The notes under the pieces: generated by a model
Told to the model about the DNA's origin: nothing
Database searches by the model: none
What the model saw: the letters and a program-made list of their open reading frames with translations, nothing else
Made by a program: the position numbers and the translations under genes
In this document: positions 1 to 9,454 of the stretch, one piece after another
How the letters are laid out: each line of letters begins with the position of its first letter
Position numbering within the stretch: the stretch's first letter is position 1
NCBI GenBank assembly: GCA_018664745.1
Contig: JABJNS010000065.1
Span: 1-50,587 of the forward strand
Direction: 5' to 3'
Source of the DNA: Flavobacteriales bacterium
GTDB taxonomy: Bacteria > Bacteroidota > Bacteroidia > Flavobacteriales > BACL11
Length of the DNA stretch: 50,587 nucleotides

Positions 1-1
1 A

Positions 2-832
2 ATGAAAATTCCTTTTGGCATTGCTCAAATTGGGAAAGCCTTCAGAAATGAAATTGTAGCCCGTCAGTTTATTTTCAGAATGCGTGAGTTTGAACAAATG
101 GAAATGCAATTTTTTGTTCGTCCAGGAGAAGAAATGAAATGGTATGCTTATTGGAAAGATTTCCGAATGAAATGGCATAATTCATTAGGGATGGGAGAAG
201 ATAATTACCGTTTTCATGACCATGAAAATTTAGCACATTATGCCAATGCAGCAGCCGATATTGAATTTAAATTTCCATTCGGATTTAAAGAATTAGAAGG
301 GATCCATTCGCGTACTGATTTTGACTTGAAAGCACATCAAGAACATTCTGGGAAAAAATTACAATATTTTGATCCAGAACTAGGAGAAAGCTATGTGCCT
401 TATGTAGTTGAAACTTCTATTGGTTTGGATAGAATGTTCCTTACCGTATTAAGTCATGCTTTCCGTGAAGAACAATTGGAAAATGGAGAAAGTAGAGTGG
501 TATTAAAAATCCCTGCACTTTTAGCGCCTATAAAAGCAGCTATTCTTCCGTTAACTAAGAAAGATGGAATGCCTGAAAAAGCAAGGGAAATAATGAAGTC
601 TCTTCAAATAGATTTCAACTGCCAATATGAAGAAAAGGATTCTATCGGAAAAAGATACAGAAGACAAGATGCGATTGGAACTGCATTCTGTATTACAGTT
701 GATCATCAAACTTTAGAAGACAATACGGTTACTATTAGAGATAGAGATACTATGGAACAAGAAAGAGTTTCAGTAGAAAAACTACATTCCATTATTGCAG
801 AAAAAGTAAATATTGCAAAATATTTAGCTTAG
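2..832 (+). CDS. glyQS: Glycine--tRNA ligase (homodimeric class II type), 5'-truncated by the window edge
   Basis: Motif 2 AFRNEI..FIFRMREFEQME, ELEGIHSRTDFDL, motif 3 ETSIGLDR and the anticodon-binding domain IGKRYRRQDAIGT. Confidence 0.96.
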   Translation: MKIPFGIAQIGKAFRNEIVARQFIFRMREFEQMEMQFFVRPGEEMKWYAYWKDFRMKWHNSLGMGEDNYRFHDHENLAHYANAAADIEFKFPFGFKELEGIHSRTDFDLKAHQEHSGKKLQYFDPELGESYVPYVVETSIGLDRMFLTVLSHAFREEQLENGESRVVLKIPALLAPIKAAILPLTKKDGMPEKAREIMKSLQIDFNCQYEEKDSIGKRYRRQDAIGTAFCITVDHQTLEDNTVTIRDRDTMEQERVSVEKLHSIIAEKVNIAKYLA

Positions 833-1182
833 TTTTCTCCCTGAGAGGTCACTGAAATTTTATCGAAAGTAGCATCAATAGGAGGTAATACTTTTTCTAC
901 TTCTACTGTTACTTTTTGTACTTTATGCAAGGGTAAAATTGCGTCAACAATTCTTTTTGCAAGATGTTCTATCATGTTAGAACGGATAGCCATTTGTTCC
1001 TTTACAATAGCTATGATTTTCACATAGTCCACTGTGTCGTTCAAATCATCTGTTTTTTCAACTTCAGTTGTGTCCGCTTCCACCCAAACATTTACAATAA
1101 AGTGTCCACCCAAAACAGCTTCTTCTGGCAAGTGCCCGTGATGAGCAAAAATTCTGATTCCTTCTACAGTAATTAATCCCAT
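829..1182 (-). CDS. folB: Dihydroneopterin aldolase
   Basis: 117 aa with AHHG..PEE..LG, DDLNDTVDY and IEHLA motifs. Confidence 0.95.
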   Translation of the reverse strand: MGLITVEGIRIFAHHGHLPEEAVLGGHFIVNVWVEADTTEVEKTDDLNDTVDYVKIIAIVKEQMAIRSNMIEHLAKRIVDAILPLHKVQKVTVEVEKVLPPIDATFDKISVTSQGEN

Positions 1183-2705
1183 TAGTTTATTTTTTCTAAA
1201 GCAGTTTCCATTCTTTTAATCGTTTCTTCTTTTCCTAAAAGAGAAGCAATATCAAAAAGAGATGGTCCCATTCCGAGTCCTGTTAAACAAACCCTAAAAG
1301 CAGGCAATAATTTACCCATTCCTAGTTCATTTTCTTCTAAATACTTTTTAAATGCAACTTCAATATTTTCAGAAGAGAAATCAGATAATTTGGATAATCT
1401 ATCTTTTAATTCCGATACATATTTAGGAGTGTCTTCTTTCCATTTTTTACGGATTGTTTTTTCATCATAAGATGTAGGAGATTCAAAATAATACCTTCCT
1501 TCCTCCCACATATCTTTTACAAAAGTGGCTCTTTCTTTTAATTGCTCACAAACAGTTGCGACAAAATCATCTTCCGCCTCTACCCCATTTTCTTTCAGGA
1601 TAACTTGTAAATCTTGCGCCAACACTTCTCCTGATTTTGCTCTTAAATACTGCTGATTAAACCATCTTGTTTTATCAACATCAAACTTTGCTCCCGCCTT
1701 CCCTACTCTCTCTAAACTGAAAGCTTCTATCAAACCTTCCATAGAAAAAATCTCCTGTGTAGTTCCTGGATTCCATCCTAAAAATGAAAGCATATTTATA
1801 AACGCTTCTTTAATGTAGCCACTTTCTCTGTATCCTGAACTAATTTCTTTTGTTTCTGGGTTCATCCACTGTGTTGGGAAAACAGGAAATCCTAATCTAT
1901 CCCCATCACGCTTACTTAATTTACCATTTCCATCTGGCTTTAGGATTAATGGTAAGTGTGCAAATTCTGGCATTGCATCCTCCCATCCTAAATATTTGTA
2001 TAATAAAACATGTAAAGGTGCTGATGGCAACCACTCCTCCCCTCTTATCACATGAGAAATTTTCATCATATAATCATCCACCACATTAGCTAAATGGTAA
2101 GTTGGCATTCCATCCGATTTAAAGATAACTTTATCGTCCATATTATTGGTATTTACTACAACCCAACCTCTAATAATATCGTTTAGTTTTACCTCTTCAT
2201 TTCTAGGCATTTTTATACGGATAGCATAAGGGTCTCCTGCTTCCAATCTTTTATTTACTTCATCTTCCGATAGTGCTAAAGAATTTTGCATTGTAGTACG
2301 AGTAACCGCATTGTATTGTGGTGAAGGAACTCCTGCAACCTTCATTCTTTCACGCATTGCAGTTAGTTCTTCTGAAGTATCAAAAGCATAATATGCAAAG
2401 CCATCTTTTACCAATTGTTCGGCATAAGGAAAGTACATAGCCTTTCTTTCTGATTGCTTATAAGGACCATATCCTCCCCCATCTACTACTGATTCATCTA
2501 ATTCAATTCCACACCATTTTAGTGCATCAATTAGGTATTCTTCTGCACCTTCAACAAATCTGGTTTGATCTGTATCTTCTATACGCAAAATCATTTTTCC
2601 TCCTTTGTTTTTAGCAAAAAGGTAATTATAAAGGGCTGTTCTAACCCCTCCAATATGTAATGGTCCTGTTGGGCTAGGTGCAAATCGTACTCTTACTTCT
2701 GACAT
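1182..2705 (-). CDS. gltX: Glutamate--tRNA ligase
   Basis: RFAPSPTG.LHIGG (HIGH), LRIEDTD, HVIRGEEW, KLSKR (KMSKS). Start moved to ATG 2705, downstream of the promoter box. Confidence 0.97.
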   Translation of the reverse strand: MSEVRVRFAPSPTGPLHIGGVRTALYNYLFAKNKGGKMILRIEDTDQTRFVEGAEEYLIDALKWCGIELDESVVDGGGYGPYKQSERKAMYFPYAEQLVKDGFAYYAFDTSEELTAMRERMKVAGVPSPQYNAVTRTTMQNSLALSEDEVNKRLEAGDPYAIRIKMPRNEEVKLNDIIRGWVVVNTNNMDDKVIFKSDGMPTYHLANVVDDYMMKISHVIRGEEWLPSAPLHVLLYKYLGWEDAMPEFAHLPLILKPDGNGKLSKRDGDRLGFPVFPTQWMNPETKEISSGYRESGYIKEAFINMLSFLGWNPGTTQEIFSMEGLIEAFSLERVGKAGAKFDVDKTRWFNQQYLRAKSGEVLAQDLQVILKENGVEAEDDFVATVCEQLKERATFVKDMWEEGRYYFESPTSYDEKTIRKKWKEDTPKYVSELKDRLSKLSDFSSENIEVAFKKYLEENELGMGKLLPAFRVCLTGLGMGPSLFDIASLLGKEETIKRMETALEKIN

Positions 2706-2725
2706 TGTAATAAATTTTTCGGCTG

Positions 2726-2733
2726 CAAAGATA
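2726..2733 (-). promoter_or_regulatory. Bacteroidota housekeeping -7 promoter box (TATCTTTG) for gltX-folB
   Basis: Exact TAnnTTTG match 20 nt upstream of the ATG. Confidence 0.75.
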
Positions 2734-2778
2734 AGATTTATCAAGTAATAGAGTTTTATGATAAGCCGTTAAAAATTG

Positions 2779-2786
2779 TACTTTTG
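2779..2786 (+). promoter_or_regulatory. -7 promoter box (TACTTTTG) for the DUF4175-like/ybeY unit
   Basis: Exact TAnnTTTG match 5 nt before ATG 2792, divergent from the gltX promoter. Confidence 0.7.
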
Positions 2787-2791
2787 CAAGG

Positions 2792-5700
2792 ATGAATTCT
2801 CAACCTAAAATAGAATTATGTGAAAAACTGAATAAATTCGTTAAACGATTTTATACCAATCAGCTAATTAAAGGGGGAATCTATTCTTTAGCAGTACTGA
2901 GTATCTTCTTTATTGGTTTTTCAACTATTGAACATTTTACCCAATTTGGGGTTGGAAGCAGAACTTTTTTATTCTGGACTTACCTTATTATTAACGCCTT
3001 AATTGCAATAAAATACATAGCTATCCCCTTACTTCATTTACTGAGTTTTGGTAAAACACTAAGCCACAAACAAGCTGCAAAAATTATTGGAACTCATTTT
3101 ACTGAAGTTGATGATAAACTACTAAATATCCTAGAATTACAGGAGATGAGTACTGCTGAAAATGCTTTGATAAACGCAAGTATTCAGCAAAAAATAAAAG
3201 ATATAAAGCCTATCTCATTTGGGAATGCCATTAATTATGCTGACAATAAAAAATATGCAAAATGGGTGCTTATCCCACTTGCTGTCATTTTACTTTTTAT
3301 CATTTCAGGAAAGCAATATATACTTACTGAAAGCTCTGCCAGAATACTAAGGCACAATACTTTTTTTGAACCAAAAGCACCTTTTCAATATCATGTTTTA
3401 AATCCAAAATTAGAAGTAATCCAATATAAAGATTATACATTGGAAATAGAAATAATAGGAAATGAAATCCCTAGTGAAGTATTTATAATAATTAACGGAA
3501 ATTCATTTCGAATAAAAAGCAATAGCAACACTACATTCGAGCATCTTTTCAAAGTAGTAAATGCTGATATTTCATTTCAATTTTCAGCTGGAGGTTATAT
3601 TAGCAATCATTATACATTAAAAGCTCTTCCTCAGCCTAAAGTAGTTGACCTTAACACCTTTCTGAACTACCCAAGCTACACCAAAATCAAAGATGAACAT
3701 ATCAAAAATAATGGTGATTTAATAATCCCTGAAGGGACAATAGTGCAGTGGGATATAAGTCTGCAAAACACTAAAAATATCTCTTTTCTTTTTTCTGAAA
3801 GCAATCACACGGAATGGGCTAATAATACTGTTACTTATAAAAAGCAGTTTTTCAAAAGCACCCCTTATCAAATTATCACCCAAAACGAACATCAATTGAG
3901 TGATAGCTTGTCCTACTATATAAAGGTAATTCCTGATGCATATCCGACAATAAAAGTAAATCAGAATTTTGATAGTACGAATGTTCAGTTTTTATTCAGT
4001 GGAGAAATTGAAGATGATTATGGCTTACAAAAATTAACTTTTAATTATCGAATTACTAGCAATGACACTAATCCTTTAGTCAGTCAGCAGCTAACCATTA
4101 AGCAGCTATCCAAAGAACTTTTCTTTTTTACATTCAATTTTAATTACTTGCAACTAGCAGCAGGAGAGGAAATAGAATACTATTTTGAAGTTTGGGATAA
4201 TGATGTAGTAAATGGCTCGAAAAACACAAAAAGCACTCGTTTTTCACACAAAGAAGCAACAAAAGAGGAATTAACTGCAAAAAAGGATGCTGAAAATGAA
4301 AAAACAAAAAGTGGACTTAATAAATCAATATCACTTGCTAAAGAGATAAAAAAGGATATTGCACAGCTCAATAAAACTATCTTAGAAAAGAAAAAAATTA
4401 GCTGGGAAGAAAAACAAAAAGCAAAAGAAATTCTAAAAAAACAAAAGCAACTTGAGCAACAAATAAAAGACACACAGAAAAAAAATAGTGAAAACCTAAA
4501 AAATAAGGAAAAATTAAATTCTTCAATACTTGAAAAACAAAAACAGTTAGAGGAATTAATGAATAAAGTCTTAGATGAGGAAACCCAAAAACTCTTGCAA
4601 GAAATGGAGGAGATGATGGAGAAGGCAGACAAAGAAAAACTAAAAGAATTACTAGAGAAATTAGATGAGGAAAATACTGATTTAGAAAAAGAGCTAGATA
4701 GAGAGTTAGAACTTTTTAAACAATTAGAATTTGAACAAAAAGTAGAAGAAACACTAGAGAAAATAGAAGAACTTAAAAAAGAACAAGAAGCCTTAAAAAA
4801 AGAAACTGAGAAAGGAAAAACAGAAAAGGAAGAACTTGCTAAAAAACAAGAGGAGTTAAGCAAAAAAATGGAGGACTTACAAAAAGATTTGCAAGACTTA
4901 AGAAAGAAAAATATGGCATTGGAGGATAAAAATAAAATGCCTGACACCAAAGCCAATGAAGAGGATATAAAACAGAAAATGCAAGAGAGTAAAGATGCTC
5001 TTAAAAAAGGAAAGAAGAAGAAAGCGCAAAATTCTCAAAAAGAAGCATTAGAAAAATTAGAACAAATCGAGCAGCAATTACAAAGCATGCAAAAAAGCAG
5101 TGGAGAAGACAAGCCTAAAGAAGATATGGAGACTCTAAGAAAAATCCTTGAAAATTTGGTTACTCTTTCTTTTGATCAGGAAGAACTAATGCAACATGCT
5201 ACAAATACTCCTAAAAATAGTCCAGAATTTATTAAAATTGTTCAAAGACAAAATAAACTATCTGATGATAGTCAAATTATTGAAGACTCTTTATTAGCCC
5301 TCAGTAAAAGAGTAGTTCAGATACAAGCAACTATCAATAATGAAATTGCAGCAATCAATAATAACATGATTAAAGCAACAAACCAACTAGAAGGAAGACA
5401 AGTTGAGAAAGCAGCAGAACGCCAACAGTTTATAATGACTTCTACTAACAACTTAGCTTTACTATTGTCCGAAATTTTAGAGCAAATGCAAAAAGATTTA
5501 GCCAATAAAACTCCTGGGGAAAAACAATGCAACAAACCAAATCCTAATTGCAAAAAACCTTCAATGTCACAACTGAAAGAGGCACAAAAGAAGCTCAATA
5601 AGGAAATGAAAAAAGGGAAAAGTGGTAAAAAAGGAAAAAAGAAAGGGGAAAAGAATGCTAAAAAATTAATGCAATTAGCAAAAAAGCAAGAAGCAATTAG

Positions 5701-6082
5701 AAAACAATTGATGGAGCTAAGAGATGAACAGGGAAAGAATGGAGAGAAAGGAAAGATTGATAAAATCCTAGAGGATATGGAGGAAAATGAAACAGATATA
5801 ATCAATAATCAAATTACACAAGAAACAATAGCAAGGCAACAGGAAATTCTCACTAGATTGCTTGAGGCAGAAAAAGCAGAAAGGGAGCAAGATGAAGATG
5901 ATAAAAGGAAATCAATAGAATGGAATTTTGTTCCTGATAATACAACTGAGGAATATTTAGAATACAAAAAGCAGAAACAACATCAAGAAGAACTTTTAAA
6001 AACTACTCCTGTTCAGCTCAAGCCTTACTATAAAAAGAAGGTAAATTCTTATTTTAACACTTTAATTAAAGAAGATAAATGA
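2792..6082 (+). CDS. Membrane-anchored long coiled-coil protein (DUF4175-like), function unknown
   Basis: N-terminal TM helices, beta-rich middle (IEDDYGL, EYYFEVWDND..NG.K), long K/E/Q-rich coiled coil, RQQEILTRLLEAEKA; position upstream of ybeY is usual in Bacteroidota. Confidence 0.75.
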   Translation: MNSQPKIELCEKLNKFVKRFYTNQLIKGGIYSLAVLSIFFIGFSTIEHFTQFGVGSRTFLFWTYLIINALIAIKYIAIPLLHLLSFGKTLSHKQAAKIIGTHFTEVDDKLLNILELQEMSTAENALINASIQQKIKDIKPISFGNAINYADNKKYAKWVLIPLAVILLFIISGKQYILTESSARILRHNTFFEPKAPFQYHVLNPKLEVIQYKDYTLEIEIIGNEIPSEVFIIINGNSFRIKSNSNTTFEHLFKVVNADISFQFSAGGYISNHYTLKALPQPKVVDLNTFLNYPSYTKIKDEHIKNNGDLIIPEGTIVQWDISLQNTKNISFLFSESNHTEWANNTVTYKKQFFKSTPYQIITQNEHQLSDSLSYYIKVIPDAYPTIKVNQNFDSTNVQFLFSGEIEDDYGLQKLTFNYRITSNDTNPLVSQQLTIKQLSKELFFFTFNFNYLQLAAGEEIEYYFEVWDNDVVNGSKNTKSTRFSHKEATKEELTAKKDAENEKTKSGLNKSISLAKEIKKDIAQLNKTILEKKKISWEEKQKAKEILKKQKQLEQQIKDTQKKNSENLKNKEKLNSSILEKQKQLEELMNKVLDEETQKLLQEMEEMMEKADKEKLKELLEKLDEENTDLEKELDRELELFKQLEFEQKVEETLEKIEELKKEQEALKKETEKGKTEKEELAKKQEELSKKMEDLQKDLQDLRKKNMALEDKNKMPDTKANEEDIKQKMQESKDALKKGKKKKAQNSQKEALEKLEQIEQQLQSMQKSSGEDKPKEDMETLRKILENLVTLSFDQEELMQHATNTPKNSPEFIKIVQRQNKLSDDSQIIEDSLLALSKRVVQIQATINNEIAAINNNMIKATNQLEGRQVEKAAERQQFIMTSTNNLALLLSEILEQMQKDLANKTPGEKQCNKPNPNCKKPSMSQLKEAQKKLNKEMKKGKSGKKGKKKGEKNAKKLMQLAKKQEAIRKQLMELRDEQGKNGEKGKIDKILEDMEENETDIINNQITQETIARQQEILTRLLEAEKAEREQDEDDKRKSIEWNFVPDNTTEEYLEYKKQKQHQEELLKTTPVQLKPYYKKKVNSYFNTLIKEDK

Positions 6083-6492
6083 TAGAATATCAATATATAG
6101 AATGTGACGAAATAATAACTAGTGAAGAAATCAGCTTATGGCTTTCTAATGTTATAAAAGAGGAAGGAAAGGAAATTGGAGAATTAGTATATGTACTCTG
6201 TAAAGATGAATATTTGTTAGAAAAAAATATCCAATTTTTAAATCACGATACACTTACAGATGTTATCACTTTTGATTATTGTGAGAATGATTTAATTAAT
6301 GGTGATATTCTTATCAGTACAGATAGGGTAGAAGAAAACGCTAAAACTTATAAGGTTAATTATTTAACTGAACTACACAGAGTTATGGTGCATGGTTTAC
6401 TACATTTGCTCGGTTATAAAGATAAAAAGGAAAAAGACGCAAAAACAATGCGTGAAAAAGAAAATTATTATTTAAATAAGATTATTAACTAA
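6079..6492 (+). CDS. ybeY: rRNA maturation RNase YbeY
   Basis: TDVITF, GDILIS, HGLLHLLGY. Confidence 0.93.
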   Translation: MIEYQYIECDEIITSEEISLWLSNVIKEEGKEIGELVYVLCKDEYLLEKNIQFLNHDTLTDVITFDYCENDLINGDILISTDRVEENAKTYKVNYLTELHRVMVHGLLHLLGYKDKKEKDAKTMREKENYYLNKIIN

Positions 6493-6526
6493 TTTATTTT
6501 CAGTATTTTACACTCATTCACAAACT

Positions 6527-8398
6527 ATGAAATTAGACGAAAAATATGATGTAATAATAGTAGGAGGAGGTCATGCTGGCTGTGAAGCTGCACACTCTGC
6601 CTCCACACTTGGATCAAAAGTACTATTAGTTACGCAAAATTTAGAAACCCTAGCGCGTATGTCCTGCAACCCAGCAATGGGAGGTGTAGCTAAAGGGCAA
6701 ATAATAAGAGAAATTGATGCACTAGGTGGAATGTCTGGAATTGTAACAGACGCTTCTTCTATTCAATTTAGAATGCTAAATAAAAGTAAAGGACCTGCAA
6801 TGTGGAGTCCTAGAGCACAATGTGACAGGAAAATATTTGAAAGAGAATGGCGTAAAACTCTAGAAGGAAATAAAAATATTGATTTCTGGCAAGATACAGT
6901 AGATAATATCACTACTGAAAAAGGGAAAGCTACAGGTATCATTACCAAAATGGGGGTTGAAATTGAAGGGAAAAGTGTTGTTCTCTGTAATGGAACTTTC
7001 CTAAATGGACTTATTCACCTTGGAAAAAAGAACTATAAAGGAGGGCGCTCAGGAGAACCCTCAGCTGAAGGGATTACAAAACAACTAATTGAACTTGGAT
7101 TTACACACGGAAGAATGAAAACCGGAACACCTCCAAGATTAGATGGTAGAACAATAGATTATTCAGTAACAGAAGAACAAGCAGGTGATGAGAATACGGT
7201 AAGTTTCTCATACATGACAAAAGAGAAAATAAAAGACCAACACTCTTGTTTTATCACTTACACATCACCTGAAGTTCATGCAATTTTAAAAGAAGGATTT
7301 GAAGACTCTCCAATGTTTTCAGGAAGGATAAAAGGGTTAGGACCAAGATATTGTCCGTCAATTGAAGATAAAATTGAAAGGTTTTCATCTAAAGACAGAC
7401 ATCAATTATTCATTGAGCCAGAGGGAAGAGATACTGTAGAAATCTATTTAAATGGATTCTCCACATCACTTCCTGAAGCTGTTCAATTAAAAGCCCTAAG
7501 GAAAATTAAAGGGCTTGAAAAAGTAAAAATGTTCAGAGCTGGATATGCAATTGAATACGACTACTTTCCACCAACTCAACTTAAGCACACCTTAGAAACT
7601 AAACTAGTCAATAACTTATTCTTTTGTGGACAAATAAACGGAACAACAGGGTATGAAGAAGCTGCTGCACAAGGATTGATGGCAGGTGTTAATGCGCACC
7701 AGAATGCACATGAAAAAGAAGAGTTTATCTTAAGCAGATCAGATGCATATATTGGAGTTTTAATAGATGACTTGATAACAAAAGGAACTGAGGAACCTTA
7801 CCGAATGTTTACTTCTAGAGCTGAATATCGTTTGCTTTTAAGACAAGATAATGCTGATATTAGACTTACCAAAAAAGGCTATGAACTTGGTCTTGCAAAG
7901 GCAGAAAGACTAAAACAACTAGAAAGGAAAGAAAATGAAACTGCAGCACTTATTAAGTTTTTAGAAAAACAAAGCATTGACCCAACTGATATCAATCCTA
8001 CTCTTGAAAGATTAGGGAGTTCTATATTAAAACAAAAAGTTAAACTTAAGTCAGTTTTATCAAGACCTCATATTACCATAAATGATTTATTAGTTTGTGA
8101 AGAGTTAAATTCATTTTTGCAAGAGAAAAACTGCATGCCAGAAGCAATTGAACAAGCTGAAATTGAGATAAAATATGGTGGCTACTTAAACAAAGAAAAA
8201 GAATCGGCTGCAAAACTAAAAAGGTTAGAAAATATAAAAATAAGTTCAGATTTTGAATTTGACAAACTACACTCAATTTCAACTGAAGGAAGGGAAAAAT
8301 TAAAATCAATACAACCAAAAACGATAGGACAAGCCTCAAGAATAAGTGGCGTATCACCCTCAGATATAAATGTATTATTAATATACTTAGGAAGATGA
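6527..8398 (+). CDS. mnmG: tRNA U34 5-carboxymethylaminomethyl modification enzyme MnmG (GidA)
   Basis: GGGHAGCEAA, MSCNPAMGG, GPRYCPSIEDK, GQINGTTGYEEAAAQG, EPYRMFTSRAEYRL. Confidence 0.98.
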   Translation: MKLDEKYDVIIVGGGHAGCEAAHSASTLGSKVLLVTQNLETLARMSCNPAMGGVAKGQIIREIDALGGMSGIVTDASSIQFRMLNKSKGPAMWSPRAQCDRKIFEREWRKTLEGNKNIDFWQDTVDNITTEKGKATGIITKMGVEIEGKSVVLCNGTFLNGLIHLGKKNYKGGRSGEPSAEGITKQLIELGFTHGRMKTGTPPRLDGRTIDYSVTEEQAGDENTVSFSYMTKEKIKDQHSCFITYTSPEVHAILKEGFEDSPMFSGRIKGLGPRYCPSIEDKIERFSSKDRHQLFIEPEGRDTVEIYLNGFSTSLPEAVQLKALRKIKGLEKVKMFRAGYAIEYDYFPPTQLKHTLETKLVNNLFFCGQINGTTGYEEAAAQGLMAGVNAHQNAHEKEEFILSRSDAYIGVLIDDLITKGTEEPYRMFTSRAEYRLLLRQDNADIRLTKKGYELGLAKAERLKQLERKENETAALIKFLEKQSIDPTDINPTLERLGSSILKQKVKLKSVLSRPHITINDLLVCEELNSFLQEKNCMPEAIEQAEIEIKYGGYLNKEKESAAKLKRLENIKISSDFEFDKLHSISTEGREKLKSIQPKTIGQASRISGVSPSDINVLLIYLGR

Positions 8399-9291
8399 TA
8401 ACACTAGATAAATGTCCTTTGTGCTCAAAAGAAAATTTAGTCAAGAAATTAGATTGTATTGACCATTCAACATCTAATGAAATTTTTACAATTGTTTCAT
8501 GTGAAACATGTGAATTTACATTTACTAACCCTATACCAAAAGAAGAAAACTTAGGAGAGTACTATAAGTCTGACATGTATATTTCGCACACTAATAATAC
8601 CAAAGGGCTATTCAACTGGATGTATCAAACTGTTAGAAAATATGCAGTTGGAACTAAAATTAATTTACTTAAAAAAATATCTCAGAAAGAAAATCATCTT
8701 GATATTGGCTGTGGAACAGGAGAGTTTTTAAATGCCTGCCAGAATGCAGGATACAAGGTAAAAGGAATAGAGCCATCAGAAATTGCCAGAGATCAAGCTA
8801 TCAAAAATTTCAAACTATCAGTAAGTGACAATACAAATCTAAACCAATTTAAAACAGAAGAATTTGACTCCATTAGCATGTGGCATGTGTTAGAACATAT
8901 CCCTAATTTGAATGAAACTATAAAAGAATTTGATCGAATTCTAAGTCAAAAAGGAAAAGTAATAATTGCCGTTCCGAATCATAAGAGTTGGGATGCAAAT
9001 TATTATAAAGAATTTTGGGCAGCTTGGGATGTACCAATTCATTTATGGCATTTTTCAAGAAATACAATTGAACAATTATTCAGCAAATACAATTTCAAAC
9101 TAAAAAAAACCAAACCAATGTTATTTGATTCTTTTTATGTATCATTACTAAGTGAAGAATTTAAAACTGGAAAGAAAAAATTTGTTAGAGGATTCATAAT
9201 CGGCCTAATTTCAAATATTATTGGAATACTGACAAAAAAAGGCTGCTCAAGCACAATTTATGTCTTTGAAAAGCAAAACAAAGCTATTTAA
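8395..9291 (+). CDS. Class I SAM-dependent methyltransferase with N-terminal zinc ribbon
   Basis: CPLC...CETC, LDIGCGTGEF, MWHVLEH, P.HLWHF; ATGA overlap with mnmG. Confidence 0.88.
   Translation: MITLDKCPLCSKENLVKKLDCIDHSTSNEIFTIVSCETCEFTFTNPIPKEENLGEYYKSDMYISHTNNTKGLFNWMYQTVRKYAVGTKINLLKKISQKENHLDIGCGTGEFLNACQNAGYKVKGIEPSEIARDQAIKNFKLSVSDNTNLNQFKTEEFDSISMWHVLEHIPNLNETIKEFDRILSQKGKVIIAVPNHKSWDANYYKEFWAAWDVPIHLWHFSRNTIEQLFSKYNFKLKKTKPMLFDSFYVSLLSEEFKTGKKKFVRGFIIGLISNIIGILTKKGCSSTIYVFEKQNKAI
8493..8508. promoter_or_regulatory. Putative parS (ParB loading) site TGTTTCATGTGAAACA
   Basis: 15/16 match to the palindromic parS consensus TGTTTCACGTGAAACA, about 95 bp downstream of mnmG. Confidence 0.65.
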
Positions 9292-9428
9292 GACGTTTTA
9301 AAGACAATAAGACACATTCTGGAAGCATTAGCTGAAAATAAAAAGATAATCAATTATGTATAAATTATTTTCAACCTATTGATTGCTATATAATTAAAAA
9401 ACATTTTAGTGATTTTAAGATAAAATCG

Positions 9429-9436
9429 TACCTTTG
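9429..9436 (+). promoter_or_regulatory. -7 promoter box (TACCTTTG)
   Basis: Exact TAnnTTTG match 18 nt upstream of ATG 9455. Confidence 0.7.
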
Positions 9437-9454
9437 TATAAATAAAAACCAGAG

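Noticed and set aside
4180..5805. Long antisense ORFs (258 and 162 aa) rich in Phe and Ser
   Set aside because: Mirror images of the Lys/Glu-rich codons of the coiled-coil gene; no independent protein features.
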